From Macrostomum lignano (Eukaryota): DNA of 64,000 bases. Location of the stretch: positions 38,443-102,442 of the forward strand of contig NIVC01001443.1 of NCBI GenBank assembly GCA_002269645.1, given 5' to 3'. The notes beneath the pieces were generated by a model. It was not told where the DNA came from. It ran no database searches and saw nothing but the letters and a program-made list of their open reading frames with translations. Shown here one piece after another: positions 36,401-51,400 of this stretch (its first letter is position 1; every line of letters begins with the position of its first letter). A program made the translations under genes and the position numbers.

Positions 36401-39400
36401 CCGATTAGGAGATTGTGACACAGATTAGGAGATTGTGACACACATTAGGAGATTGTGACACAGATTAGGAGATTGTGACACACATTAGGAGATTGTGACA
36501 CAGATTAGGAGATTTCGACACAGATTAGGAGATTTCGACACAGATTAGGAGATTGTGACACAGATTAGGAGATTGTGACACAGATTAGGAGATTGTGACA
36601 CAGATTAGGAGATTGTGACACAGATTAGGAGATTGTGACACAGATTAGGAGATTTCGACACAGATTAGGAGATTTCGACACAGATTAGGAGATTGTGACA
36701 CAGATTAGGAGATTGTGACACAGATTAGGAGATTGTGACACAGATTAGGAGATTGTGACACAGATTAGGAGATTGTGACACAGATTAGGAGATTTCGACA
36801 CAGATTAGGAGATTTCGACACAGATTAGGAGATTTCGACACAGATTAGGAGATTTCGACACAGATTAGGAAATTGAGACACAGATTAGGAAATTGAGACA
36901 CAGATTAGGAAATTGAGACACAGATTAGGAAATTGAGACACAGATTAGGAAATTGAGACACAGATTAGGAAATTGACACACATTAGGAGTTTATCACATA
37001 TAAGATTGGGACGGAGATTAGGAGATTTGGATATTGTGACAAAGGCAAGGAGATTGAGACAGAGGTAGGATATTGTGATAGGGTCTCAGAGATTGTGACT
37101 AGGATGGGAATATATTGAGAGTGATTAGGGGCAACTTGTTGTGCTGATACCTGCATTACAATGCCGTTGGCCCAGGTAAGTCCAAGGAAAAACTTGCTGG
37201 AAAGAAGGGGGATCTGATGACCAAAGCTGAAGAGGCTGAAGTACAGCTCTTGATTTTGCACCGCTAGCACCTGCTAATGATGCAGCGGCCTCCTGAATGC
37301 GTCATCGAGCAATATTACTGTTCTCAGATGTTGCCATCAACTCGTCCGCTGTTATTCGGCAATCTTCGATGGCTGTAGAGCTGTTGATCTATGGATTATG
37401 ACTGCTGCATTTTGTATTATTCTGTCATTATAGCTTATATAGATTCGAGATTGCCCTCGAAGCTACCCCTGGAGACAAAATTGTCTATCTACTCGTATCT
37501 ACTCTGGTAGACTGTTCACAGCTCGAGAACCATTGCAAGTAAATACCTGTCTCCCTTAGGGACCCAACTATCATTATCTACCTGTTTACCCCTCGAGACT
37601 CCACTATCTACCTGTTCACCCCTCGAGACTCCACTGTCTACTTGTTCACCCCTCGAGACTCCACTGTCTACCTGTTCACCCCTCGAGACTCCACTGTCTA
37701 CCTGTTCACCCCTTGAGACTCCACTGTCTACCTGTTCACCCCTCGAGACTCCACTGTCTACCTGTTCACCCCTCGAGACTCCACAGTTTACCTGCCTACC
37801 CTTTGAGCCCCGCTCTGTACCTGTTTACCCCTCGAGACCAATCAACTGTATGCCTTTCTGCCCCTAGAGACCCCAATGTAAACTCACAGGACTGCGCTTC
37901 CGGCAGTAATGATACAATCGCTGTAGAGACAACTCAATTTAAGTCAGGTGGGGGATTAGCTATTCTGCGTAATAAGCTTGATTAGGGGTTAAATTTACCT
38001 TTGTGAGGTATGGAGCCGCTCAGGTGCTCGAAATGAATCGCCGGAGCAAGTTAGAGAACTCGCAAGTGTGCTCAATTTCACGCTGCACTGCTCGGGCAAT
38101 CGGGCAGGTGCGAATCGCGAGCGCAGACTGGGAATGAAGACAAATGGGGAATGCGTGATTAGTGAATGTGTGAGAACGACAGGATGCAGGGCGCGGATTA
38201 AGCAGTGGAAGCTGACACAGAAGGCTCCTCGGTCTCACTGAACTGGAGCACCTTCAATGTATCCTCTGGAAACTGGATGGGAGAAACATTTTGCAGGTAA
38301 TAATTGCTCCCTTCGCCATTATCCGCCCCAATTCGCGTATGGACGAAGGGATTATTGACTTTCATTCTCCGTGCGATCCCACAACGCCAAGCTGCAGCTT
38401 CTTCGGGTGTGTGTGTTTACCCCCTCCTCCACCGCTCCCAGTCCGGGACCCGGGCTCCCAGATCCTCAACCGATGCGATCGCGGGTGATTAATAAGCGAA
38501 CCTTCCTGCTCAGCGCTCAGCAGGGGCAACCTCCTCCCGCCCTTTTAGCAAATCTCTCCGCGGGAGAGCGGCATATGCAGGGGGTCCGCTGCACTATTGG
38601 CTCAATCTGGGAGCTGCTCACTTCGCACGCTGGACTCCGGTGCGTGACGCTTTGAGCAGACCGGGCTCGCTCACCTCAGTGCTCTTGTTTTTTAAGGGGC
38701 TCTGCGTTGGCTCCGTTCTTTGACTTTCGTCTCTCTTTCTCACTCCTACGTCGGTACTTTTGCGACTAAAGGTGGGAGTTTCTTGTTCGTTCCAATGAGA
38801 TTAAATGAGTAATTATATTGTTTGTCATAGTGCTGGGAAAAGTGCGGCACTAATGACACACCCCGAGGGACAGAGGCTGTACATGCCGCTGTGCAAGCTG
38901 TGTGAGCGTGTGTCTGAGTGCGTGCGTGCCTTCCTGTGCTGAGGAGTCAGCGGAATTTGCAGAAAATTTCGGCAAAGCCATTGCGCACAGGGTGCCCACA
39001 GCCCCCATCGGCAAATATTTTTCATTGATTGGTTAGACTAGCAATCCATTCTTTGTCGAATCCATAGACCAAGGACAGTTAGCTGGGGACTTCATGGCGG
39101 TGACAGGTCGGCTTGAGAACTTGACAGCTTGAGAACTTCGACAGTTAGTCGTGCGATCAGCCTACTCTGCATATTTATTACTCTTGTGCTCAAAGTGTTG
39201 CTCGTAAATTTTATTTGCCTGACGATCTGCTTTTATTACTTAGCTAATAAAGTTAGTGAAACTGGGAGAAAAGTTTGCAGACAGTTTTGAGCAGTTACAA
39301 CTGACTTAACGTCCACACGCCTTCTGACACTTCTGAACTCGGAAAAGCCTACCCATAACAGCTTCAACACATCGACTTAACAACCACGTCTGAGTACCCG

Positions 39401-42400
39401 CTATTATAACGCCTACATCTCGACTAGCACTCTTCGAATGTTTGCCAGCTAGCCGGATGTGTTTGCCAGCTAGCCGGATGTGTTTGCCAGCTAGCCGGAT
39501 GTGTTTGCCAGCTAGCCGGATGTGTTTGCCAGCTAGCCGGATGTGTTTGCCAGCTAGCCGGATGTGTTTGCCAGCTAGCCGGATGTGTTTGCCAGCTAGC
39601 CGGATGTTTTGCCAGCTAGCCGGATGTTTTGCCAGCTAGCCGGATGTTTTGCCAGCTAGCCGGATGTTTTGCCAGTTAGCCGGATGTTTTGCCAGCTAGC
39701 CGGATGTTTTGCCAGCTAGCTTCTTGACTACTATGACTACTTCATGCCCCAAACCCAACCCTGAACGCTCACTCCGCCATCCAACAGACAGCAACTTCGT
39801 GTTAGGCAACGCGCAGGCGAAGGACAGGCCCATTGTGTACTGCTCCGACGGATTCTGCGAGCTGACTGGCTTCGCCCGGGCCCAGGTGATGTCCAAGCCC
39901 TGCGCCTGCCGGTTCTTGTGGGGCCAGGCCACCGAGCCCACCGAGCGGCAGAAGATCGAGGACAGCTTGCTAGCGCAGAGGGAGCTGCAAACTGAGGTCG
40001 TCTTCTACAAGAAGACTGGTGAGCTCAACTGCTTTACGAATGTCTGCTGCGGGAGTCTCACAGCTTTTTGACTGGCAAGGGGCGGTGAATCCTGGTCGAG
40101 GATTAACTGTTTCGTTACTAGAGTGGGTGACCGGAGTCAGGAGTCCTGAAAAGTTTCTTTTAAACAAATAACAACAACAAAATACGCGACCCCGCATGTA
40201 CAGTCACAGCTAGAGCAGGGCGCGTCAGATGGCGCGCCGCAGAGCCTGGGAGCGAACAAAGTCCGCTCCATTGGCAGTGTCGGGCGCCCCAGCGTCGCAC
40301 AGCAGGCAGTCCACGTATCGACGGGTTCGGGCCTGACCCCGCCTGAACGGACAGGTTGGGGGCAGTAGCCCTCGGCCCGGATCACGTGACCCGCCAGTTG
40401 AGGTCGCCACCGGCGCAGAATGATGGACGGGCGCTGCAGCTTGGCCCGATCGTACAGGGCCTCGGTCCCAACGCTCTCGTCAGCTCGAAAGGCCGCACGG
40501 AGCGCCGAGTCCAGCTGCCGCTCTAGCGTAGCCGTCAGCGTCCACGTCTCGGCGTTGTATAGCAGGACGGTTTCGACCACCGCCTGCCACAGCCGAGCCC
40601 TCTGGCGGTCGGGCAGCGCTTCGGACTGGAGGACGGCTCGGATCGAACGAAAGGCCGCCCAGGCAAGTCCTCTGCGCCGCCGGAGGTCCTCTTCCACGTG
40701 GGGCACCAGACCGCCGAAGTAGGTGAACCGCTGGCAGCGTGCGAGCCTGGTCGTCTGCCCGTCTGCGCCGCGGCACGTCAGGTCCGCTGGGATGTCGGCC
40801 GGCACAGTCAGCACCTCGGTCTTCAGCGTGTTGACGATCAGACCGACGCTCGATGCCACCTCGACCAGCTTGTCGATCTGGCGCTGGCGCCTTCAACGGA
40901 CGAGGACAGGAGGGCGAGGTCGTCGGCGTAGCCAAGCACGCTTAGGCGCTTTTCGCCGTGGCGGTGACCGATGCGTCTGCGCAGCAGGAAGCCGTCATTA
41001 GCCGAGGGGAGTGCGGTCCGAAGCACCGAGTCCAGCAGCAGCACGAAGAGGAACGGCGCTAGCGTGTCGCCCTGCAGAACTCCTGATGAAGTATCGAACA
41101 GGTCAGACAGGCCGTCCGCCGTCACCACAGCAGCTCGAGTATCGCAATACAGCGCCATGACAGCGTCGATTAGCTGCTGGGGTACCCGGTAGGCTTGAAG
41201 GACAAAGGGAAGCGCAGCTCTCAACACCGAATCCAACGCCTTTCGAAAGTCAACGAAGACAATGATCAGCGTAGACTGGCGGATGCGCGCCTCCTCGATG
41301 ACACGGCGGAGTGCGAGGATCTGTGTCACTGTACCGCGTTGCGGCCGGAATCCGTTCTGCTCGTACCGCAGTTACGGGTCCAGCACCGACTGCAGACGAT
41401 CGAGCAGCAGCCGGTTGAAGAGCTTCGCGGTGCAGGACAACATCAGCGAGATCCCGCGGTGGTCTTCCTTCCGCGTTGTCCCTGCCTTCTTCGGGATCGG
41501 CACGATGTGCCCGACGGTCCACTCGGTAGGCGCAGGAGCGCCGGCGAGCACGCGGTTCATGACGCCTGTGACCTGGGAGGCCACACAGCGGAGCCGCAGC
41601 GCTTCGACCGGGACTTCGTCGGGGCCGAGCGCCTTGCCGCCTGATGTTTTCCGAGCGAACAGCACAACGTCCTCCGTGGTGACTGGGCTGGTGCAGAAGT
41701 CCTCCTCAGCTGGGAGCGGCGTGTCCAGTGAGAGCGCAAAGCTGGCGGGCAGCGGCGACGCGGGCGCGTTCACGATGCCGGCGAAGAAGTCGCGCAATTC
41801 ATTCGCGACTTTTAAACATAACGATAAAAAAGTTAGGGCCGCTGTACACTCCTGTGTGAGTGCGTGCCTGTGCGTCTGACTGCGTACGTTTCCGCGCGCT
41901 TGTTTGCCTGCTTAGGGGAGTCGGCGGAATGGGCAGTAATGCCTCTCGCCAGTTGTGCGACAATCCCGGTTAAAGTGCGCCAGGGTGCATACAGCCCCCT
42001 GCGTCTAATAAAAAAATAAAAATGTTATTGATGTGTCTCGGAATGGAAGATTCCTGTTCCTGCAGGGTGGGCTGTGAGGGGGTGTTGGGCTGTAGTGTAT
42101 GTCATGCTCTGTGAAATTTATCGAGCCCAGATAGCGAGACCAGTTTCAAAATCCCTCAACCTGCCGGACACACCCTCGTGTGTGTCCTATTTTGGAACCA
42201 CGAGCGCAGATATGCGAGCGGAAAGTGGCCATTTGAGCAGCTGGCCGCGGCCCTGGAGATTTTCTTGGCACCAGCCGCGGCTTCCGTCCCCACCTGGCCG
42301 CTCGAATTTGCAACCTTGATCTCTTCGGCCCTAAGCTGGCAGCGTTTATCGCTTTATCGCTTGAAAAAATATATTACCTCCCAGGCGGTGCTTAAGGGAG

Positions 42401-45400
42401 CTCAGCGACCGGCATTCTATCGCCGATATCGGACTTCTCCCTGGCGCACTCGGGCGGTTTCCTATTGCGCACCCGAGGCCTGGGGGCGGCCGAGACTCTG
42501 TCCCGCTTCGGTGCCAGTCGCCCGCCGCCAACGGCTCGGCCTGCAAAGCCAGGCGCAACAAAAAGCTGAAACCCAACTATTGCACTGAATGACCTCGACA
42601 GAGCTCCAATTTTGCTTTCCTTGGATTTGAGTCACAGAAAACGTCCTTACGAACTCAAGTGCATTATTGTGATTCATTATTTCAGTATGACGAACTGTTT
42701 GGCGTCAAATGAATATCAATTTGTTTGGATAATTTCTGAAACTTTTTTTACACTGAGGCAACCCAGTCCATTAAATTTTAAATTCTAGACTACCACTCCA
42801 CTCCAGGAGCATCCACCCCACTCTGGAATCATCCAACCCTCCACTCCAGTAGAATCGACCCCACTAAAGTAGCATCCACCCCACTAAAGTAGCATCCACC
42901 CCACTAAAGTAGCATCCACCCCACTAAAGTAGCATCCACCCCACTAAAGTAGCATTCACCCCACTAAAGTAGCATTCACCCCACTAAAGTAGCATTCACC
43001 CCACTAAAGTAGCATCCACCCCACTAAAGTAGCATCCACCCCACTAAAGTAGCATCCACCCCACTAAAGTAGCATCCACCCCACTAAAGTAGCATCCACC
43101 CCACTAAAGTAGCATCCACCCCACTCCGGAACCATCCACCCCACTCCGGAACCATCCACCCCACTCCGGAATCATCCACCCCACTCCGGAATCATCCACC
43201 CCACTCCGGAATCATCCACCCCACTCCGGAATTATCCACCCCACTCCGGAATCATCCACCCTACTCCGGAATCATCCAACCCACTCCGGAATCATCCACC
43301 CCACTCCGGAATCATTCACCCCACTCCGGAATCATCCACCCCATTCCGGAATCGTCCACCCCACTCCAGAATCATTCACCCCACTCCGGAATCATCCACC
43401 CCACTCCGGAATCATCCACCCCACTCCAGAATCATTAATCATCCACCCACTCTAGAATCATCCACCCACTCTGGAATCATCCACCCCACTCTGGAATCAT
43501 CCACCCCACTCCGGAATCATCTACCCCACTCCGGAACCATCCACCCCACTCCGGAATCATCCACCCCAATCCAGAATCATTAATCATCCACCCACTCTAG
43601 AATCATCCACCCACTCTGGAATCATCCACCCCACTCTGGAATCATCCACCCCACTCCGGAATCATTCACCCCACTCCGGAATCATCCACCCCACTCCGGA
43701 ATCATCCACCCCACTCCGGAATCATCCACCCCACTCCGGAATCATCCACCCTACTCCAGAATCATTAATCATCCACCCACTCTAGAATCATCCACCCCAC
43801 TCTGGAATCATCCACCCCACTCTGGAATCATCCACCCCACTCCGGAATCATTCACCCCACTCCGGAATCATCCACCCCACTCCGGAATCATCCACCCCAC
43901 TCCGGAATCATCCACCCCACTCCGGAATCATCCACCCTACTCCAGAATCATTAATCATCCACCCACTCTAGAATCATCCACCCCACTCTGGAATCATCCA
44001 CCCCACTCTGGAATCATCCACCCCACTCCGGAATCATCTAACCCACTCCGGAACCATCCACCCCACTCCGGAATCATCCACCCCACTCCAGAATCATTAA
44101 TCATCCACCCACTCTAGAATCATCCACCCTACTCCGGAATCATCCACCCCACTCCAGAATCATTAATCATCCACCCACTCTAGAATCATCCACCCACTCT
44201 GGAATCATCCACCCCACTCTGGAATCATCCACCCCACTCCGGAATCATCTACCCCACTCCGGAACCATCCACCCCACTCCGGAATCATCCACCCCAATCC
44301 AGAATCATTAATCATCCACCCACTCTAGAATCATCCACCCACTCTGGAATCATCCACCCCACTCTGGAATCATCCACCCCACTCCGGAATCATCTACCCC
44401 ACTCCGGAACCATCCACCCCACTCCGGAATCATCCACCCCACTCCAGAATCATTAATCATCCACCCACTCTAGAATCATCCACCCCACTCCGGAATCATC
44501 CACCCCACTCCGAAATCATCCACCCCACTCCGGAATCATCCACCCCACTCCGGAATCATTCACCCCACTCCGGAATCATTCACCCCACTCCAGAATCATC
44601 CACCCCACTCCAGAATCATCCACCCCACTCCGGAATCATTCACCCCACTCCGAAATCATCCACCCCACTCCGGAATCATCCACCCCACTCCAGAATCATC
44701 CACCCCACTCCAGAATCATCCACCCCACTCTAGAATTATCCACCCCACTCCGGAATCATCCACCCCACTCCGGAATCATCCACCCCACTCCGGAATCATC
44801 CACCCCACTCCGGAATCATCCAATCCACTCCGTGAGCAGATTTCTTGACATTTGATTTTCGCTTGCCATTTAGGATCCCAGTTCGTTTGTCTGCTCGACA
44901 TTGTACCGATAAAGAATGAGAAGGGCGACGTGGTCTTGTTCCTGGCCTCGCACAAAGACATCACTAAGCAGAAAAAAGGTGAGTGTTAAATTGACCGTGA
45001 TCATGAAAACGGCAGCGAGCACTTGTGACCTGTGATTGTGACTAGATGTATTCGTGACCGGATTAATTAACGATGTATAAAAAAGTACATTACTTTCTAT
45101 CATACTATAGGGCAGACGGAAGGACAAAGGGCCAAGTCTCCACTCCCTTACCTACCTTCAAAGCTTGAATAAGCAGATTTCCCGGTGACGTTGCCCTCAA
45201 ACTGCTGGTGGGCTGTTTATTTACATTTGGCCTGCGCTGCAGACACGATTTGTCAGAGGGGATCAGAGGAAAGACCGTTTTTGGGGAAATCCATCCCCTC
45301 TAGTGGGCAAAGGGTTCTGATCGCTCTATGACGATTTTACATTAATTAGCCGTGACTGAACTCTGTGACTAAGGCTGTGACACAATGTGAACTCTGTGAC

Positions 45401-48400
45401 ACAGTGAACTCAGGTTGTGACTGCGTGACACAGTGAACTCAGATTGCGACTGTGTGACACAGTGAACTCAGGTTGTGACTGTGTGACACAGTGAACTCAG
45501 GTTGTGACAGTGTGACACAGTGAACTCAGGCTGTGACTGCGTGACGCAGTGAACAAGTAACAAGCTGTTCCATCGATCAGCAGGTGCTAAAGTTATATTA
45601 ATTATAGCAATCAGGAGCAAGTACCGTATATCTCTATAATTGCCGTCACACAAATCATTCCTTCACACCAGCCTGTAAAGACTTCGCCTCCGGGGTTCCC
45701 CCCGTCCGGCCCCAGCTCCATCAAACGGAGTTTCCTGCTCCACTTAAAAATCTTATCTTATTTGTTAAGCAAAATTATTTGTTGTTATGCAGTCGCTCAT
45801 TCAACGCTCTGAGTTGCCAACAGCAGTAGATATGCGGCAGAGCGGATACAATGAACCAATCAGGGCATTGCATGTACACTATGCATGCACTCTTTAAACG
45901 TTTAGCGCCAACTCGGCCGGACCTCGGCAACGAAGCAGCTCAGACGGCAGGGCAGCAGCAGCAGCCGACCGCGCCGCTTGCAGTTGCCGAGGACGCCAAG
46001 CAGGCCGACCTGGACAGCAGCAGCAGCGGCAGCAACGGCAGCAGCGGCGGCGGCGGCGGCGGCGGCGTCAACTGCAAGGACAAAAACACAGCCAGCTCGG
46101 AATCAGCATCCGGCTCGGACTCCTCCAGCGGTGAGGACTGCGCAGGCGGCAGCGACAATGGCGGCGAGGAGTGCAGTTCGACCTTCAAGTACCAGCGCCC
46201 GCGGTCCAGGGCGGTGCTGTACCATCTCAGCGGCCAGTTCGACTCCAGGAACAAGAGCAAGCCGTTTAGCCAGCTCAATAAGGTGATGGCCAAGGCTGGG
46301 CCTTTTGACTGGGGCAACCACAGCTGGCATCCTGTACCATAGCTGCCATCCTGTACCATAGCTGCCATCCTGTACCATAGCTGCCATCCTGTACCACAGC
46401 TGCCATCCTGTACCATAGCTGCCATCCTGTACCATAGCTGCCATCCTGTACCATAGCTGCCGTCCTTATCCATGCTAATATTGAACTCATGCTCAAACTA
46501 TGTCCACTTACTTGACTTCGAGCAGTTGCTAGCACTCAGAGCCTGAATTCACACTCACTGCTCACTTTACTCATGCAGCCTCTAAAGATGTAGTCTAAGC
46601 GTTGGAAGAAATACGGGGCAAAATCCCCAATGTTGCAAAAAATCCCCCTGCCCCAGATTCACAGCCTGGGTGGCGGCAGCGCCATGCCCGAGTACAAGGT
46701 GCAGGAGGTTAAGAAGTCGCGCTGCATCCTGCTGCACTACGGGCTGCTGAAGATCAGCTGGGACTGGCTGATCCTGCTGTTCACCTTCTACATCGCCATC
46801 ATGGTGCCCTACAATGCGGCCAACAGCAACGGCCGCGCCAGGAAGGCCGGCACAGCCGCCATTGAGGACGCCGGGGTGGTCATCGACCTGCTGGTCGAGG
46901 TCGTCTTCATTGCCGGCAAGTTGAAGTTGTGTGCGAACAGACCGAGTGTACATGCGGTGTGCGCATTCCCCGATGTGTACATTCAGTTTACACCCCCGAG
47001 TGTACATGCGGTGTGCGCATTCCCCGATGTGTACATTCAATTTACACCCCCGAGTGTACATGCGGTGCGCATTCCCCGATACGTACATTCAATTTACACC
47101 CGAGTGTACATGCAGTGTGTGCATTCCCCGGTGTGTACATTCAATTTACACCCGAGTGTACATGCAGTGTGTGCATTCCCCGGTGTGTACATTCAATTTA
47201 CACCCGAGTGTACATGCAGTGTGTGCATTCCCCGGTGTGTACATTCAATTTACACCCGAGTGTACATGCAGTGTGTGCATTCCCTGGTGTGTAAATTATA
47301 GTAAAGTAAAGTACATTTGCTTTACAATTAAATAAGCGTAGACTAAAAGTACTCGTACATGGGTTAGTCTATTAAAATATACTACATGCAATTTAGCAGG
47401 TTAAATTCATAGCAAGTTAGGATCGGCAAGTATATAATATTAATATTATTATTAGAGTGAATTTGCAGCCAAGCTTTCCATAGCCGCTCAGCCCAGCTCA
47501 GTCTTCAATTAGCAGCTACTCACAGACTAACAAAAAATCATATTGCGACGGGACCCCAAATGCGCGGGAGCAGGCAAAACTGCAATCGGCAGCTGTCTTG
47601 TCAGCTAATCCACTTTCGCTTAATCACCCACGACATGGGGAGGGAAAATCCGGCCCAGCTTGTGGATTCTGAGGGATAATCGCGCTTCTTTCTCCACTGA
47701 ATCGGGAAAGAACAGGACAGATCGCTTGTAGCCCTTGCTGTGAGAGCCTTTCGCTCAGTTTTCACTGGTAGAATTATGCGCAAACTACTCTACTCATATT
47801 ATGTCATAAGTAGTTCAGCCGAATTTATTTTAATTTTTTATTTACAATAATTAATGAAATTTGCTAACCAACTCGGCAAACAGACATCTGCATCAACTTC
47901 CGTACTACATTTGTGAGCAAAGGCGGACAAGTGGTGTACTGTCAGCGGCTCATCGCCATCAACTACACAAAAACTTGGTTCTTCCTCGACCTGTTGGCTG
48001 CCGTGCCCTTCGACATGATTATCATAATTAGCAAAGCGGTCAGCTCCAACCTGGCCACGGAAATGGTGAGCGTTTCATTCTACTCATCAACACCTTAACT
48101 CCATTCTAGCTCCATCCTAGCTCCATTCTGGGTTCATCCTAGCTCCATCCTAGCTCCATCCTAGCTCCATCCTAGCTCCATCCTAGCTCCATCCTAGCTC
48201 CATCCTAGTTCCATCCTAGCTCCATCCTAGCTCCATCCTAGCTCCATCCTAGCTCCATCCTAGCTCCATCCTAGCTCCATCCTAGCTCCATCCTAGCTCC
48301 CCCAGCTAGCTCCATCCTAGCTCCATCCTAGCTCCATCCTAGCTCCATCCTAGCTCCATCCTAGCTCCATCCTAGCTCCATCCTAGCTCCATCCTAGCTC

Positions 48401-51400
48401 CATCCTAGCTCCATCCTAGCTCCATCCTAGCTCCATCCTAGCTCCATCCTAGCTCCATCCTAGCTCCATTCTAGCTCCATCCTAGCTGCATCCTAGCTCC
48501 ATCCTAGCTCCATCCTAGCTCCATCCTAGCTCCATCCTAGCTCCATCCTAGCTCCATCCTAGCTCCATCCTAGCTCCATCCTAGCTCCATCCTAGCTCCA
48601 TCCTAGCTCCATCCTAGCTCCATCCTAGCTCCATCCTAGCTCCATCCTAGCTCCATTCTAGCTCCATCCTAGCTCCATCCTAGCTCCATCCTAGCTCCAT
48701 CCTAGCTCCATCCTAGCTCCATCCTAGCTCCATCCTAGCTCCATCCTAGCTCCATCCTAGCTCCATCCTAGCTCCTCGAGCTAGCTCCATCCTAGCTCCT
48801 CGAGCTAGCTCCATCCTAGCTCCTCGAGCTAGCTCCATCCTAGCTCCTCGACCTAGCTCCATCCTAGCTCCATCCTAGCTCCCCCAGCTAGCTCCATCCT
48901 AGCTCCATCCTAGCTCCATCCTAGCTCCATCCTAGCTCCATCCTAGCTCCATCCTAGCTCCTTGAGCTAGCTCCATCCTAGCTCCATCCTAGCTCCATCC
49001 TAGCTCCTTGAGCTAGCTCCATCCTAGCTCCTCGAGCTAGCTCCATCCTAGCTCCTCGAGCTAGCTCCATCCTAGCTCCATTCTAGCTCCATTCTAGCTC
49101 CATCCTAGCTCCATTTTACCTTCATCCCAGCTCCCCCAGCTAGCTCCATCCTAGCTCCATCCTAGCTCCATCCTAGCTCCATCCTAGCTCCATCCTAGCT
49201 CCATCCTAGCTCCATCCTAGCTCCATCCTAGCTCCATCCTAGCTCCATCCTAGCTCCATCCTAGCTCCATCCTAGCTCCATCCTAGCTCCATCCTAGCTT
49301 CAATGTAAGCTCCATCCTAGCTCTATCCTAGCTCTATCCTAGCTTCATCTAATCCAAATTCGCCCTTTAAGTTCGTAGTTAAGATCGAAAAACATTGCGC
49401 TGCTTTAAGTTGCACGCACTTTCTCTGTTTAAAAGCGGCCTTGACGAAAAAATAAAGTGATCCATCAACTGAATCGCTTATTTGTTGCTCATCCTTGGAT
49501 TGAGGCTGAAAGCAACTTAAACTCTTCTCTTTTTGTCGGGCTGAGGCCTCTCATCTGAGACAGATCTCTCAACCAGCCTTCACTGGTCTCTCGCCCTCAA
49601 TAGACGGTTTCTTTTCCTGTGAGTCCAGATCCTGGGAACTATTGGTCGCTATAGTCAAATCCAAGGCGGTCAGTTGAATCCCCATCATTTGATAAAATAA
49701 GCAGAGCAATTTTTTCTAGTATTAAGTTTTTTGCTTCTATTAATGTAGCTCGTAGTTAAATGTCACTCTCAGAGATTTAGTGTTACTCACAGAGATCCAT
49801 TGTCACTAATACAGTTCCAATGTCACTCACAGAGATCCAATGTCACAGAGATCCAATGTCACTCACAGAGATCCAATGTCTTTCACAGAGATCCAATGTC
49901 ACTCACAGAGATCCAATGTCACAGAGATCCAATGTCACTCACAGAGATCCAATGTCACAGAGATCCAATGTCACTCACAGAGATCCAATGTCTTTCACAG
50001 AGATCCAATGTCACTCACAGAGATCCAATGTCACAGAGATCCAATGTCACTCACAGAGATCCAATGTCACAGAGATCCAATGTCACTCACAGAGATCCAA
50101 TGTCACAGAGATCCAATGTCACAGAGATCCAATGTCACAGAGATCCAATGTCACAGAGATCCAATGTCACAGAGATCCAATGTCACAGAGATCCAATGTC
50201 ACTCACAGAGATCTAATGTCTCTCACAAAATTTACTCGGAAAAGCCACAGTGCAACCATAGCAACCAATTCTGCCCAACCCGTGCAGGAGGCATTTAATC
50301 TGATGAAGCTGGCCCGGATGCTGAGGCTGGTAAAGCTCTACCAGAAGATTGACCGCTACGCTCAGTACTCCAGCTTGGTGCTCCTGCTGCTTATCTCGAT
50401 GTTCGCTCTGAGCGCCCATTGGTTCGCCTGCATCTGGCTGGTGATCGGGCGGAAACAGCTGGAGCTGAACCAGACCAGGGAGATCAGTGAGATTGAAATG
50501 TCACTTCGAGCCACCATTGTCACTGTTGAACGATTGATGCCACTCTCAAGCCACCATTGTCACTGTTGAACGATTGATGCCACTCTCAAGCCACCATTGT
50601 CACTGTTGAACGATTGATGCCACTCTCAAGCCACCATTGTCACTGTTGAACGATTGATGCCACTCTCAAGCCACCATTGTCACTGTTGAACGATTGATGC
50701 CACTCTCAAGCCTCCATTGTCACTGTTGAACGATTGATGCCACTCTCAAGCCACCATTGTCACTGTTGAACGATTGATGCCACTCTCAAGCCACCATTGT
50801 CACTGTTGAACGATTGATGCCACTCTCAAGCCTCCATTGTCACTGTTGAACGATTGATGCCACTCTCAAGCCTCCATTGTCACTGTTGAACGATTGATGC
50901 CACTCTCAAGCCACCATTGTCACTGTTGAACGATTGATGCCACTCTCAAGCCACCATTGTCACTGTTGAACGATTGATGCCACTCTCAAGCCTCCATTGT
51001 CACTGTTGAACGATTGATGCCACTCTCAAGCCACCATTGTCACTGTTGAACGATTGATGCCACTCTCAAGCCTCCATTGTCACTGTTGAACGATTGATGC
51101 CACTCTCAAGCCACCATTGTCACTGTTGAACGATTGATGCCACTCTCAAGCCTCCATTGTCACTGTTGAACGATTGATGCCACTCTCAAGCCTCCATTGT
51201 CACTGTTGAACGATTGATGCCACTCTCAAGCCTCCATTGTCACTGTTGAACGATTGATGCCACTCTCAAGCCACCATTGTCACTGTTGAACGATTGATGC
51301 CACTCTCAAGCCACCATTGTCACTGTTGAACGATTGATGCCACTCTCAAGCCTCCATTGTCACTGTTGAACGATTGATGCCACTCTCAAGCCACCATTGT

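Noticed and set aside
37150-37180. FN3-like YNAVGPG followed by gtaagt on the plus strand
   Set aside because: There is an in-frame stop three codons upstream and no acceptor.
42074-42600. GC-rich 136-aa ORF in KCNH intron 2
   Set aside because: No motif or splice support; probably a decayed repeat fragment.
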